64,000 nucleotides of DNA from NCBI GenBank assembly GCA_038255915.1, contig JBBSKY010000001.1, positions 15,268-79,267 on the forward strand, read 5' to 3'. The notes under the pieces were generated by a model. It was not told the DNA's origin. It searched no databases and saw only the letters and a list, made by a program, of their open reading frames with translations. A program made the position numbers and the translations under genes. Origin of the DNA: Acidimicrobiales bacterium. Its GTDB lineage: Bacteria; Actinomycetota; Acidimicrobiia; Acidimicrobiales; JAUJNH01. Shown here one piece after another: positions 28,212-37,013 of this stretch. The first letter of the stretch is position 1. Each line of letters begins with the position of its first letter.

Positions 28212-28847
28212 ATGGCTGAGATCCCCGAGCACCTCCTGCGGCGGTCGAAGGAGCGCCGAGCGGCCCTCTCTGACGAGGCGCCCTCCGCCGAGGCACCGGC
28301 CGAAAGCGACCCCCCCGCCGGGGCTGCGGCAGCTCCTGCGGCCTCGGCCAAGCCGGCCGCGGCGGCCGCCCCGGCCAAGGCTGCCGCGCCCTCCCTGCCG
28401 ACCGTGGCTCCCCAGCCCAAGCCACCGGCCGTCGGGATCCTCCCGCCCTCCAAGGCCCGGCTGCCCTTCTGGGTCACCCCGCTCTTCGCCGCCCTCCCGG
28501 TCTTCGGCTTCTTCTACATGAACGGCTACCAGACCCGACCGGTCGAGGGCCCCACCGACCCGCTCGTCCTCGGCGCCGAGATCTACCGCTCCGCCGGCTG
28601 CTCCGGCTGCCACGGCGGCGCCGGCGAGGGCGGTGTCGGCCCCAAGCTCAACGAGGGCGAGTCCCTCCTGTCCTTCCCCGAGGAGCAGGACCAGATCGAC
28701 TGGGTGAAGGGCGGCTCCCAGCCCCTGATCGGCCAGGTGTACAACGCCCAGGGTCGGGTGGCCGCCGGCGGCATGCCCGGCTTCGCCGGCCAGCTGAGCG
28801 ACGAGGAGATCGAGGCCGTCGTCCTGTACGAGCGGGAGCAGCTCTAG
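28212..28847 (+). CDS. Membrane-anchored monohaem c-type cytochrome, divergent from the bc cluster
   Basis: A single CSGCH motif plus a distal GGMPGF Met ligand region. One TM segment (LPFWVTPLFAALPVFGFFYM). The N-terminus MAEIPEHLLRR is followed by an Ala/Pro-rich linker. Confidence 0.8.
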   Translation: MAEIPEHLLRRSKERRAALSDEAPSAEAPAESDPPAGAAAAPAASAKPAAAAAPAKAAAPSLPTVAPQPKPPAVGILPPSKARLPFWVTPLFAALPVFGFFYMNGYQTRPVEGPTDPLVLGAEIYRSAGCSGCHGGAGEGGVGPKLNEGESLLSFPEEQDQIDWVKGGSQPLIGQVYNAQGRVAAGGMPGFAGQLSDEEIEAVVLYEREQL

Positions 28848-29125
28848 GGCCTCGGGCCTCGGGCCTTCGGCCTCGGCCTGACTGCCTGGACGGCCTTCGG
28901 CCGGCTGCCTTGTTGTTTCGACGAGGCGATGCTCCTTCGTCGCCGCCTCGTCGACGTGGCGGCGAACATTAGGTGCCGCGCCAGGTCTGACTTCTGTTCC
29001 TCCGAGTTCGCCGCCACGCGGTGCAACCTGGGAATCGATCGGCTGGTGGGTGAAGCCGCAGGCCGGGCAGCCCGCAGGGCCGGCAGCCCGCAGGGCCGGG
29101 CGCAGCACTGGGTACGGTCGCTGGC

Positions 29126-30196
29126 GTGGGTGACGTGGTCGAACAGGTGCGGGAGGTGGCCGAGGGGCTGCTGGTGCCGACGGCGGAGGAGACCGACCGG
29201 GCCGAGCGGGTGCCCGAGGGGCACCTTCGGGCCCTGGCCGCAGCGGGGGCGTTCGGGATCCTGCAGTCGCTCGAGCCGGTGGAGCGGCGGGAGGTCCACC
29301 GGATCCTCGGCGGGGCCTGCGGGGCCACCTCGTTCGTGTGGGCCCAGCACGAGGGGCCGGTGCGCATCATCTCGGCCTCCGGCAACGAGGCCCTGAAGGC
29401 CCGCTGGCTGGACGGGCTGCAGGCCGGCGACGTGATCGGCGGCACGGCCTTCGCCCACCTGCGCCGCCCCGGGCCGGCCCTGGTGCGGGCAGAGCCCGAT
29501 GGGACAGGCTGGCGCCTGCACGGCGAGGCGCCGTGGGCGACGGGGTGGGGCATGGCCGGGGTGTACTCCATCGGCGCCTACACCCCGACCGGCTCGGTGC
29601 TTTGGGTGCTCCTCCCCCCAGACCGTCTCACCGCCACCCCACCCCTCGACCTGGCCGTGCTGCAGGCTACCGCCACCGTCCGCCTCCGCTTCGACAGCAC
29701 CCTGGTCGCCGCCGACGACGTGGCCTTCGAGCTCGACCGGGCCCTGTGGGACGCCCTCGACGCGTCGATCGGCAACCGGGGTAACCCGGCGGTGCAGGGC
29801 GTGGCCCGGCGCGCCCTGGCCCTGCTGGAGGCCAGCGGACCGGCCGGCGCCGACCTCTCCGGTGCCTTGGGCCCGGCGGTCGATCGGACCATCGCCGAGA
29901 ACGAGGCGCTGATCGAGGCGGCCGACGCCGGCCAGGTCGACGTGCCCGCCCTGGCCGCGGCCCGGGCCGGTTCCATCGAGCTGGCCCAGCGAGCCACCCT
30001 GGCCCTCCTGGCCGCGGTGGGCGGTCGGGGCGTGGAGCGGGGCCATCCCGCCCAGCGCCTGGTGCGCGAAGCCGCCTTCTACGCCATCCAGGGCCAGACC
30101 ACCGAGGGCAAGGCGGCGGCGCTGGCCCTGGCCGCCACAGCCTCGGGGAGAGCCGGCGACAGCACGACCTTGCGGGCCGCACAACAGGATCCGTGA
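29126..30196 (+). CDS. Acyl-CoA dehydrogenase-family protein
   Basis: 356 aa. ACAD-like layout (..TSFVWAQHEGP.., ..GGTAFAHLRRPG..GWRLHGEAPWATG..). GTG start. Specificity unknown. Confidence 0.6.
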   Translation: MGDVVEQVREVAEGLLVPTAEETDRAERVPEGHLRALAAAGAFGILQSLEPVERREVHRILGGACGATSFVWAQHEGPVRIISASGNEALKARWLDGLQAGDVIGGTAFAHLRRPGPALVRAEPDGTGWRLHGEAPWATGWGMAGVYSIGAYTPTGSVLWVLLPPDRLTATPPLDLAVLQATATVRLRFDSTLVAADDVAFELDRALWDALDASIGNRGNPAVQGVARRALALLEASGPAGADLSGALGPAVDRTIAENEALIEAADAGQVDVPALAAARAGSIELAQRATLALLAAVGGRGVERGHPAQRLVREAAFYAIQGQTTEGKAAALALAATASGRAGDSTTLRAAQQDP

Positions 30197-30289
30197 CCAG
30201 TCGCGCCGAGGTCGGACGGCGGTCCGGACGTCAGCGCGCCACGTCCCACATTTCGTGACCTGTCGCGCTGAGGTCGGGCGTCAGCGCCT

Positions 30290-31555
30290 TCAGCGCACCG
30301 TCGCGCAGGCGGCAGCGAACCGCTCGATGGTCTGGTCGACGACTGCGTCGTCGTGGGCCAGGCTGGAGAACAGCACCTCGTAGGGACCGGGAGCCAGGGC
30401 AACGCCCCGGTCGAGCAGGGCCCGGAACAGGCGAGCGTAGAGGCCGGTTTCGGCCGCCGCCTTGGCGCCGGGCCAGGCCGTGACGGCAGTCTCGGCGCCG
30501 GCGAACAGGCCGACCAGGGTGCGGTAGCGGGGCACCTGGACGGCCAGGCCGGCGGTCGCCGCCACCTCCTGCAGGCCGACCTGGAGCCGGGTGGCGGTGG
30601 CCTCGAGCCGCTGGTAGGCGGCGGCGTCGAGCTGGCCGAGGGCGGCCAGGCCGGCGGCGGTGGCCAGGGGGTTCCCGCTGAGGGTGCCCCCCTGGTACAC
30701 CGGCCCGAGGGGGGCCACGTTGGCCATCAGCTCGGCGCTGGCCCCGAACATCCCGACAGGCAGGCCGCCGCCGATGACCTTGCCGAAGCACCACAGGTCG
30801 GGCGCCACACCCGTGGTCTCGGTGGCGCCCCCCACCGCCACCCGGAACCCGGTGATCACCTCGTCGAACAGCAGCAGGGCGCCGGCCGCGTCGCAGGCCT
30901 GCCGCAGGCCCTCCAGGAACCCGGGTGCCGGGGGGACCAGGCCCATGTTGGCGGCCACCGGCTCGACGCAGACGACCGCCACCTCCTCGGTCACCTCGGG
31001 CACCTCGTTGTAGGGGACCACCAGCGTGTCGGCCACCACCGCGACGGGGACGCCGGCCGAGCCGGGGAGGCCCTGGTTGGCCACGCCGCTGCCGGCGGCG
31101 GCCAGCAGGGCATCGGCGTGGCCGTGGTAGCAGCCGTCGAACTTGATGATCCTGGTGCGCCCGGTGGCGCCCCGGGCCAGGCGGATGGCGCTCATCGTGG
31201 CCTCGGTGCCGCTGCTGGTCATCCGCACCATGCCGAGGCCCGGCACCCGCCGGCACACCTCCTCGGCCAGCAGCACCTCGGCCTCGGTGGGCGCCCCGTA
31301 GGTCGTGCCCCGAGCGGCCGCCTCCTGGACGGCGCTGACCACGGCGGGGTGGGCGTGGCCCAGGATGCTGGCCCCGTAGGACTGCACGTAGTCGACCAGC
31401 ACCCGGCCGTCGGTGTCCCACACGCACGCCCCCTCGCCCCGGGCCACGAAGTACGGCGTCCCCCCGCCGACGCTGCGAAACGACCGCACCGGCGAGTTCA
31501 CCCCCCCAGGCAGAACCGCCTGCGCCCGCGCCCACAGCTCTTCGTTCCTCGACAT
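30290..31555 (-). CDS. hemL: Glutamate-1-semialdehyde 2,1-aminomutase
   Basis: LPGGVNSPVRSFRSVGG, YVQSYGASILGHAHP, FDEVITGFRV, CFGKVIGGGLPVG (PLP Lys context). Confidence 0.92.
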   Translation of the reverse strand: MSRNEELWARAQAVLPGGVNSPVRSFRSVGGGTPYFVARGEGACVWDTDGRVLVDYVQSYGASILGHAHPAVVSAVQEAAARGTTYGAPTEAEVLLAEEVCRRVPGLGMVRMTSSGTEATMSAIRLARGATGRTRIIKFDGCYHGHADALLAAAGSGVANQGLPGSAGVPVAVVADTLVVPYNEVPEVTEEVAVVCVEPVAANMGLVPPAPGFLEGLRQACDAAGALLLFDEVITGFRVAVGGATETTGVAPDLWCFGKVIGGGLPVGMFGASAELMANVAPLGPVYQGGTLSGNPLATAAGLAALGQLDAAAYQRLEATATRLQVGLQEVAATAGLAVQVPRYRTLVGLFAGAETAVTAWPGAKAAAETGLYARLFRALLDRGVALAPGPYEVLFSSLAHDDAVVDQTIERFAAACATVR

Positions 31556-31598
31556 CGCACCCGAGCCTACGAGGGCGCCTGAAGCCCGCGGCCGTCCG

Positions 31599-33386
31599 CT
31601 ACAGCTGATCGGCCGACAGGGCGAAGAGGTCGTCCTTGCCGGCGGTGATGGTGGGGAGGAGGCCGTGGCCGGTGGGGAGGATGTGGTGGGCGAAGAAGCG
31701 GGCGGTGGCCACCTTGGCCTCGGCGAAGCCCGCTGGCAGGGTGGCGGCGGCGCCGGTGGCGGCCAGGGCCTCGACCCCGAGGAGCCAGCCGCCCACCACC
31801 TGGCTGAACAGGCGGAGGTAGGGAGTGGCGGCGGCCAGGGCCTGCACCGGGTCGGCGGCGCCGTTGGCCACGACCCAGTCGGTGGCCTGCTGCAGGACGT
31901 CGAGGCCGTCGGCCAGGGCGACGCCGATGGAGGCCAGGTCCTCGACGCCCTGCAGCTCGCCGGCGGTCGCCCGCATGCGGGCCACCAGGTCGGCCACCAC
32001 GCCGCCGCCCCGCATCGGCAGCTTGCGGCCCACCAGGTCCATGGCCTGGATGCCGTTGGTGCCCTCGTAGATGGCGGTGATCCGGGCGTCGCGATACAGC
32101 TGGGCCACCCCGGTCTCCTCGATGAAGCCCATGCCCCCGAAGACCTGGATGGCCAGGCTGGTGACCTCGTTGGCCAGATCGGTGCCCCAGCCCTTGGACA
32201 TCGGCGTGAGGAGGCCCGCCAGCTCGACGGCGGCGGTCCGCTCGGCCTGTTCGGGGTGGTGGCGGCCCAGGTCGATCTGGCGGGCGTCGAAGTAGTGGAG
32301 GGCCCGCAGGGCCTCGGTGGACGACCGCATCGTCATGAGCATCCGCCGGACGTCGGCGTGGTCGACGATGGCCGAGGGTCCGGTCCCGGCGGCGCCGGGG
32401 GCCCGGCCCTGGCGTCGGTCCCGGGCGTGCTGGCGGGCCCGCTGGTAGGCCGCCTCGCACAGGCCGAGGCCCTCGACGCCCACGCTGAGCCGGGCGTTGT
32501 TCATCATCGTGAACATCGAGCGCATCCCGGTGTTCTCGTCGCCGATGAGGGTGCCGACGGCCTCGTCGAACTCGAGGACGCAGGTGGGGCTGGCCCGGAT
32601 GCCCAGCTTGTGCTCGACCGACACGACTTTCACGCCGTTGCGGGCCCCGAGCGAGCCGTCGGCCTGGACAAGGTGCTTGGGGACGAGGAAGCAGCTGACG
32701 CCCCGGGTGCCCGGGGGGCTGTCGGGCGTGCGGGCCAGCACGAGGTGGATGATGTTCTCGGCCAGATCGTGCTCGCCGTAGGTGATGTAGATCTTGGTGC
32801 CGCTGATCCGGTAGGTGCCGTCGTCGGCGGGCACCGCCCGGGTGCGCAGGGCGCCGACGTCGGAGCCGGCGTCGGGCTCGGTCAGGTTCATGGTGCCCGT
32901 CCAGCGGCCGCTCACCATGTTGGGCAGGTAGGCGTTCTTCTGCTCGTCGCTGCCGTGGGCGTGGAGCAGGTCGAGGGCGCCCTGGGTCAGCAGGGGGGCC
33001 AGGGCGAAGGCCAGGTTGCCGCTGTTCAGCACCTCCTGCATGGCCACGCCGACCACCCAGGGAAAGCCGCCGCCGCCGAAGTCCGGGTCCGCGGCCACCG
33101 TGCCCCACCCGGACTCGACGTACTGGGCGTAGGCCTCCTTGAACCCATCAGCGGTGACCACCGTCGGGTCGTCTGCGGTGCCGGCGACGCGGCTGCCCTG
33201 TTCGTCGCCGACCCGGTTGGTGGGCGCCACCTTGTCGACCACGAACCGCCCGAACTCGCCGAGCACCTCCATCGTGGCGTCAGGATCGGCGTGGTCGAAC
33301 CCGTTGAGCGTGCTGAGCTCGGCCAGCCCGGCCACGTGCTCGAGCACGAACCGGATCTCTTCGAGCGGCGGCGCGTAATCAGCCAT
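31599..33386 (-). CDS. Large acyl-CoA dehydrogenase (about 600 aa, FadE5/AidB-like architecture)
   Basis: 595 aa. MADYAPPLEEIRFVL..., LTEPDAGSDVG, GEHDLAENIIHLVLAR, IYEGTNGIQAMDLVGRK, followed by the long C-terminal helical domain of this subclass. Confidence 0.85.
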   Translation of the reverse strand: MADYAPPLEEIRFVLEHVAGLAELSTLNGFDHADPDATMEVLGEFGRFVVDKVAPTNRVGDEQGSRVAGTADDPTVVTADGFKEAYAQYVESGWGTVAADPDFGGGGFPWVVGVAMQEVLNSGNLAFALAPLLTQGALDLLHAHGSDEQKNAYLPNMVSGRWTGTMNLTEPDAGSDVGALRTRAVPADDGTYRISGTKIYITYGEHDLAENIIHLVLARTPDSPPGTRGVSCFLVPKHLVQADGSLGARNGVKVVSVEHKLGIRASPTCVLEFDEAVGTLIGDENTGMRSMFTMMNNARLSVGVEGLGLCEAAYQRARQHARDRRQGRAPGAAGTGPSAIVDHADVRRMLMTMRSSTEALRALHYFDARQIDLGRHHPEQAERTAAVELAGLLTPMSKGWGTDLANEVTSLAIQVFGGMGFIEETGVAQLYRDARITAIYEGTNGIQAMDLVGRKLPMRGGGVVADLVARMRATAGELQGVEDLASIGVALADGLDVLQQATDWVVANGAADPVQALAAATPYLRLFSQVVGGWLLGVEALAATGAAATLPAGFAEAKVATARFFAHHILPTGHGLLPTITAGKDDLFALSADQL

Positions 33387-33420
33387 CCGCGGACGCTACC
33401 CGCCTCCTAGCCGAGGCGGA

Positions 33421-34422
33421 TCACGATCCCGGGGGGCGGCCCAAGAGGAGCTCGGCGGCTTCGGCGGCGAGGTAGGTGAAGATGAGGTCGGCGCCGGCGC
33501 GCTTGATCGAGGTGAGGTGCTCGAGGGCCACGGCGTCGTGGTCGATCCAGCCCCGCTCGGCGGCCGCCTTGAGCATGGAGTACTCGCCGCTGACGTGGTA
33601 GGCGGCGACGGGGATGTCGACCGCGACCCGCACCGCAGCGATGACGTCGAGGTAGGCGAGCGCTGGCTTCACCATGACCACGTCGGCCCCCTCGTCGAGG
33701 TCGAGCTGGACCTCGGCGAGCGCCTCACGCCGGTTGCGGGGGTCCTGCTGGTAGCCCCGGCGGTCGCCGCCGCCGGCGATGCTGACGTCAACGGCGTCCC
33801 GGAAGGGGCCGTACAGGGCCGAGGCGTACTTGGCCGCGTAGGCCACGATCGCCACCTGCTGGTGGCCGCCGCCGTCGAGGGCCCGGCGGATGGCGGCGAC
33901 CTGGCCGTCCATCATCCCCGAGGGGGCGCACACGTCGGCTCCTGCGTCGGCCTGGGCCAGGGCCACCTGGCTGTACAGCTCGAGGGTGCGGTCGTTGTCG
34001 GGCTGGCCGCTGGCATCGAGCACCCCGCAGTGGCCGGAGTCGGTGTACTCGTCGAGGCAGAGGTCGGCCATGAGGACGAGGGCGTCGCCCACCTCGTCCC
34101 GCACGTCGCGCAGGGCCAACTGCACGATCCCGTCGGGGGCGAAGGCCTGGCTGCCCTCGGCATCCTTCACCGTCGGCACCCCGAACACCAGCAGGCCGGG
34201 AACGCCGAGATCGACTAGGCGGCGGGCCTCCTTTCGCAGGCTGTCCCGGGTGTGCTGGACGACGCCGGGCAGCGACCCGATGGGCCGGGGCTCGTCGATC
34301 CCCTGACGGACGAAGGCCGGCAGGACGAGGTCGTCGACGCCGAGCCGGGTCTCGGCCACGAGGCGGCGCAGGGCCGGCGTGCGCCGCAGCCGCCGCATGC
34401 GCCGCTCTGGAAAGGACATCAC
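33421..34422 (-). CDS. hemB: Porphobilinogen synthase (delta-aminolevulinate dehydratase)
   Basis: RRMRRLRRTPALRRLVAE, PSGMMDGQV, VMVKPALAYLD (Schiff-base Lys), AYHVSGEYSM. Confidence 0.92.
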   Translation of the reverse strand: MMSFPERRMRRLRRTPALRRLVAETRLGVDDLVLPAFVRQGIDEPRPIGSLPGVVQHTRDSLRKEARRLVDLGVPGLLVFGVPTVKDAEGSQAFAPDGIVQLALRDVRDEVGDALVLMADLCLDEYTDSGHCGVLDASGQPDNDRTLELYSQVALAQADAGADVCAPSGMMDGQVAAIRRALDGGGHQQVAIVAYAAKYASALYGPFRDAVDVSIAGGGDRRGYQQDPRNRREALAEVQLDLDEGADVVMVKPALAYLDVIAAVRVAVDIPVAAYHVSGEYSMLKAAAERGWIDHDAVALEHLTSIKRAGADLIFTYLAAEAAELLLGRPPGS

Positions 34423-34477
34423 GGCGAGGCTACGGCCCGCCGCCGCCCAGTCTGAACATATGCCTTACCATAGGCCG

Positions 34478-34723
34478 ATGGCTCGCCGTGAGGTCCTGGT
34501 TCAGCTGGACGACGAGCTCGTCCGACGTCTCGACGAGGTCGCCGCCCGCCTCTCCACCAACCGTTCCGCCCTGCTTCGAAGAGGCGCGCTGGCCGTCCTG
34601 GAGGCCACTGAGCTCGCCACCGCTGATCGTGAGCTGCAGGAGGCCTACCGCAGGCAGCCCCCGGACCCGCTCCTGGTGCAGGCAGCCGTCCGGCTAGCCG
34701 CTGAGACGGCGCCGCCGTGGTAG
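34478..34723 (+). CDS. Ribbon-helix-helix antitoxin (MazE/CopG-like)
   Basis: MARREVLVQLDDELVRRLDEVAARLSTNRSALLRRG is an RHH pattern. Overlaps the downstream PemK/MazF gene by 7 nt. Confidence 0.65.
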   Translation: MARREVLVQLDDELVRRLDEVAARLSTNRSALLRRGALAVLEATELATADRELQEAYRRQPPDPLLVQAAVRLAAETAPPW

Positions 34724-35040
34724 CCCGCAACGAGATCTACTGGGCCGATCTGGGTGCTCCCGCCGGGCGACGGCCGGTGTGCATCCTCACCCGTGATGCG
34801 GCGATCGACGTGCTCACCGCCGTGACCTGCGCGCCGATCACTCGGACGATGCGCGGCATCCGCTCCGAGGTCGAGGTCGGGCCACCGGAGGGTCTGCCCG
34901 AGCCATCGGTCATCAGCTGCGACACCCTTTTCACGGTCCAGAAGCGAGCGCTGGACCACGAACCCATCGGCAGGCTCGGGGCCGAGACCCGGGCCGCGCT
35001 GGACCGCGCCCTCGGCTACGCCCTGGACGTCCTCTACTGA
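34717..35040 (+). CDS. mazF: MazF/PemK-family endoribonuclease toxin
   Basis: ARNEIYWADLGAPAGRRPVCILTRDAAI...VTCAPITRTMRGIRSEVEV...SVISCDTLFTV is a typical PemK layout. Confidence 0.8.
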   Translation: MVARNEIYWADLGAPAGRRPVCILTRDAAIDVLTAVTCAPITRTMRGIRSEVEVGPPEGLPEPSVISCDTLFTVQKRALDHEPIGRLGAETRAALDRALGYALDVLY

Positions 35041-35170
35041 CCTGAGGCGCTGGTGTTGCGCTCGTCTGGTTCCTCATCCTTCTCGTACCGACTGCGGCCG
35101 GCGGCGCTGGCCTGACCTGGCTCTACAGCAGCGCCCGGGCCGGGCGCGCTCGGCCTGCGGATCGGTTCGC

Positions 35171-35401
35171 ATGGCAGGCGCCTGGTACCTCGCGCTCGGC
35201 GCGCTCTGCGGTCTCCCGGCTGTGTACTTCCTCGTCGGGTTCGCCTCGAAGGCGCTGATCGGCCTGGGCGTGACCCTTGCCGTGGCCGGGGTCGGCCAGG
35301 ACACAGCTTCGCCCCTCATCGCCGGTGCCGTCCTCGTGGTGGCGGCTGCCGGACCGGTTCCCTTCTTGTTCTGGGGTGGAGCCCGGGACCAGGAGCCGTG
35401 A
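35171..35401 (+). CDS. Possible small membrane protein (hypothetical)
   Basis: 76 aa with two or three hydrophobic stretches. No recognisable family. A hydrophobic reading frame just upstream in another frame hints at a frameshifted larger gene. Confidence 0.3.
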   Translation: MAGAWYLALGALCGLPAVYFLVGFASKALIGLGVTLAVAGVGQDTASPLIAGAVLVVAAAGPVPFLFWGGARDQEP

Positions 35402-35458
35402 GGGGCCTCGCTTTCCGGTCGGTCGAACCGCGGTTGGGGCCCCTTCGCGGCCCTGCGC

Positions 35459-36922
35459 TCACACCGGGGTGGTGATCCGGCTGATCAGGGCGGTCACCAG
35501 AGCTGCGACGTTGGCCTCGTCCGCCTCGACGGTGACCTGCAGGCCGTGGCGTTCGGCCGCGGCGGTGGTGACCGGGCCGATGGAGGCCACCACGGGCGGG
35601 GTGGCGGGGCCGGCGGCGGCGACCCAGCTGTCGACGGTGGAGCCGGAGGTGAAGCAGATGGCGTCGGCCGCCAAGGACCGCTCGAGCAGATCCGACGGAA
35701 CGGCGACCGGCACGGTGCGGTAGGCCTCGACGGCCTCGACGTGCCACCCCAGGGCGGCGAGGCCGTCGGCCAGCGTCGGGCGGGCCCGGTCGGCCTGCGG
35801 GAGGAGCACCTGGCCGCCGCCGGCCGGTGGGGGCGGGAAGGCCGCGAGGACGGCCTCGGCGTTGGCCTTGGCCGGCACCAGGTCGGCGACGACACCGTGG
35901 GCCCGGAGGGCGTCGGCCGTGGCCCGGCCCACCGCAGCCACGCGCACTCCGGCCAGCTGGCGGGCGTCGTGCAGGTGTTCGAAGAGGGCGTCGACGCCGT
36001 TGGTGGAGGTCAGCACCAGCCACGATCCGGTGTGCTCGGGCAGGCCGGCGACGGCGGCGGCCAGGGCGGCGCCACCGTCGGAGGGGCCGGCGACGGCGAT
36101 GGTCGGGACCTCGAGCACCTCGGCGCCTTGGGCCCGCAGGCCGGCCACCAGGGTGGGCGACTGGGCCCGGGCCCGGGTCACCACCACGGTGCGGCCGAAC
36201 AGCGGTCGGCGCTCGAACCAGCCCAGGTCCAGGGCGGCCACCTCGCCGATGACGATGGCCACGGGGGCTTCGAGTGCGGCGTCGGCCAGGCCGGCGAGGG
36301 TGGTGCGGATGGTGCGCTGGTCGGGCCGGGTGCCCCAGCGGACACAGGCCACCGGGGTGGTCGGGGGGCGACCGGCCTCGACCAGGCGGCGGGCTATCTC
36401 GGCCCGGTGGCTCACTCCCATCAGCACGATGATGGTGTCGCCGGCCCGGGCCAGCGAGGTCCAGTCGATGGCGGTGTCGACCGAGTGGCGGCTGTGGCCG
36501 GTGACCACGGTGAAGCTGGTGGACAGGCCCCTGTGTGTCACGGGGATGCCGGCGTAGGCGGGGGCGGCGACGGCGCTGGAGATGCCCGGCACGACCTCGA
36601 AGGCGATGCCCGCCTCGATCAGGGCCAGCGCCTCCTCGCCGCCCCGGCCGAAGACGAACGGGTCGCCGCCCTTCAGCCGCACCACGTGGCGGCCGGCGGC
36701 GCCGTGCTCGACGAGGAGCCGGTTGATGCCCGCCTGGTCGATGGGGCCACCCGGCGACTTCCCCACGTCGATGCGCAGCGCCCCCGGGGGCGCCAAGTCG
36801 AGCAGTCTGACCTCGGCCAGCCGGTCGTGCACCACCACCTCGGCCCCGGCCAGCAGCTCGGCCGCCCGGACCGTCAGGAGCCCCGGGTCCCCCGGCCCCG
36901 CCCCCACCAGGTAGACGGTCAT
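35459..36922 (-). CDS. Fused uroporphyrinogen-III C-methyltransferase / uroporphyrinogen-III synthase
   Basis: N-terminus VYLVGAGPGDPGLLTVRA..VVVHDRL..RLKGGDPFVFGRGGEE (SUMT/CobA). The C-terminal half is HemD-like (about 230 aa). Confidence 0.88.
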   Translation of the reverse strand: MTVYLVGAGPGDPGLLTVRAAELLAGAEVVVHDRLAEVRLLDLAPPGALRIDVGKSPGGPIDQAGINRLLVEHGAAGRHVVRLKGGDPFVFGRGGEEALALIEAGIAFEVVPGISSAVAAPAYAGIPVTHRGLSTSFTVVTGHSRHSVDTAIDWTSLARAGDTIIVLMGVSHRAEIARRLVEAGRPPTTPVACVRWGTRPDQRTIRTTLAGLADAALEAPVAIVIGEVAALDLGWFERRPLFGRTVVVTRARAQSPTLVAGLRAQGAEVLEVPTIAVAGPSDGGAALAAAVAGLPEHTGSWLVLTSTNGVDALFEHLHDARQLAGVRVAAVGRATADALRAHGVVADLVPAKANAEAVLAAFPPPPAGGGQVLLPQADRARPTLADGLAALGWHVEAVEAYRTVPVAVPSDLLERSLAADAICFTSGSTVDSWVAAAGPATPPVVASIGPVTTAAAERHGLQVTVEADEANVAALVTALISRITTPV

Positions 36923-37013
36923 CGGGTCCCACCCGCCGTTCTGCCGGGACGAGTGGTGCGCCAGGCGACACCTACTCCCGGCAGAAGCTGGGGGTTGGGG
37001 TTCGGCGGCCGGA

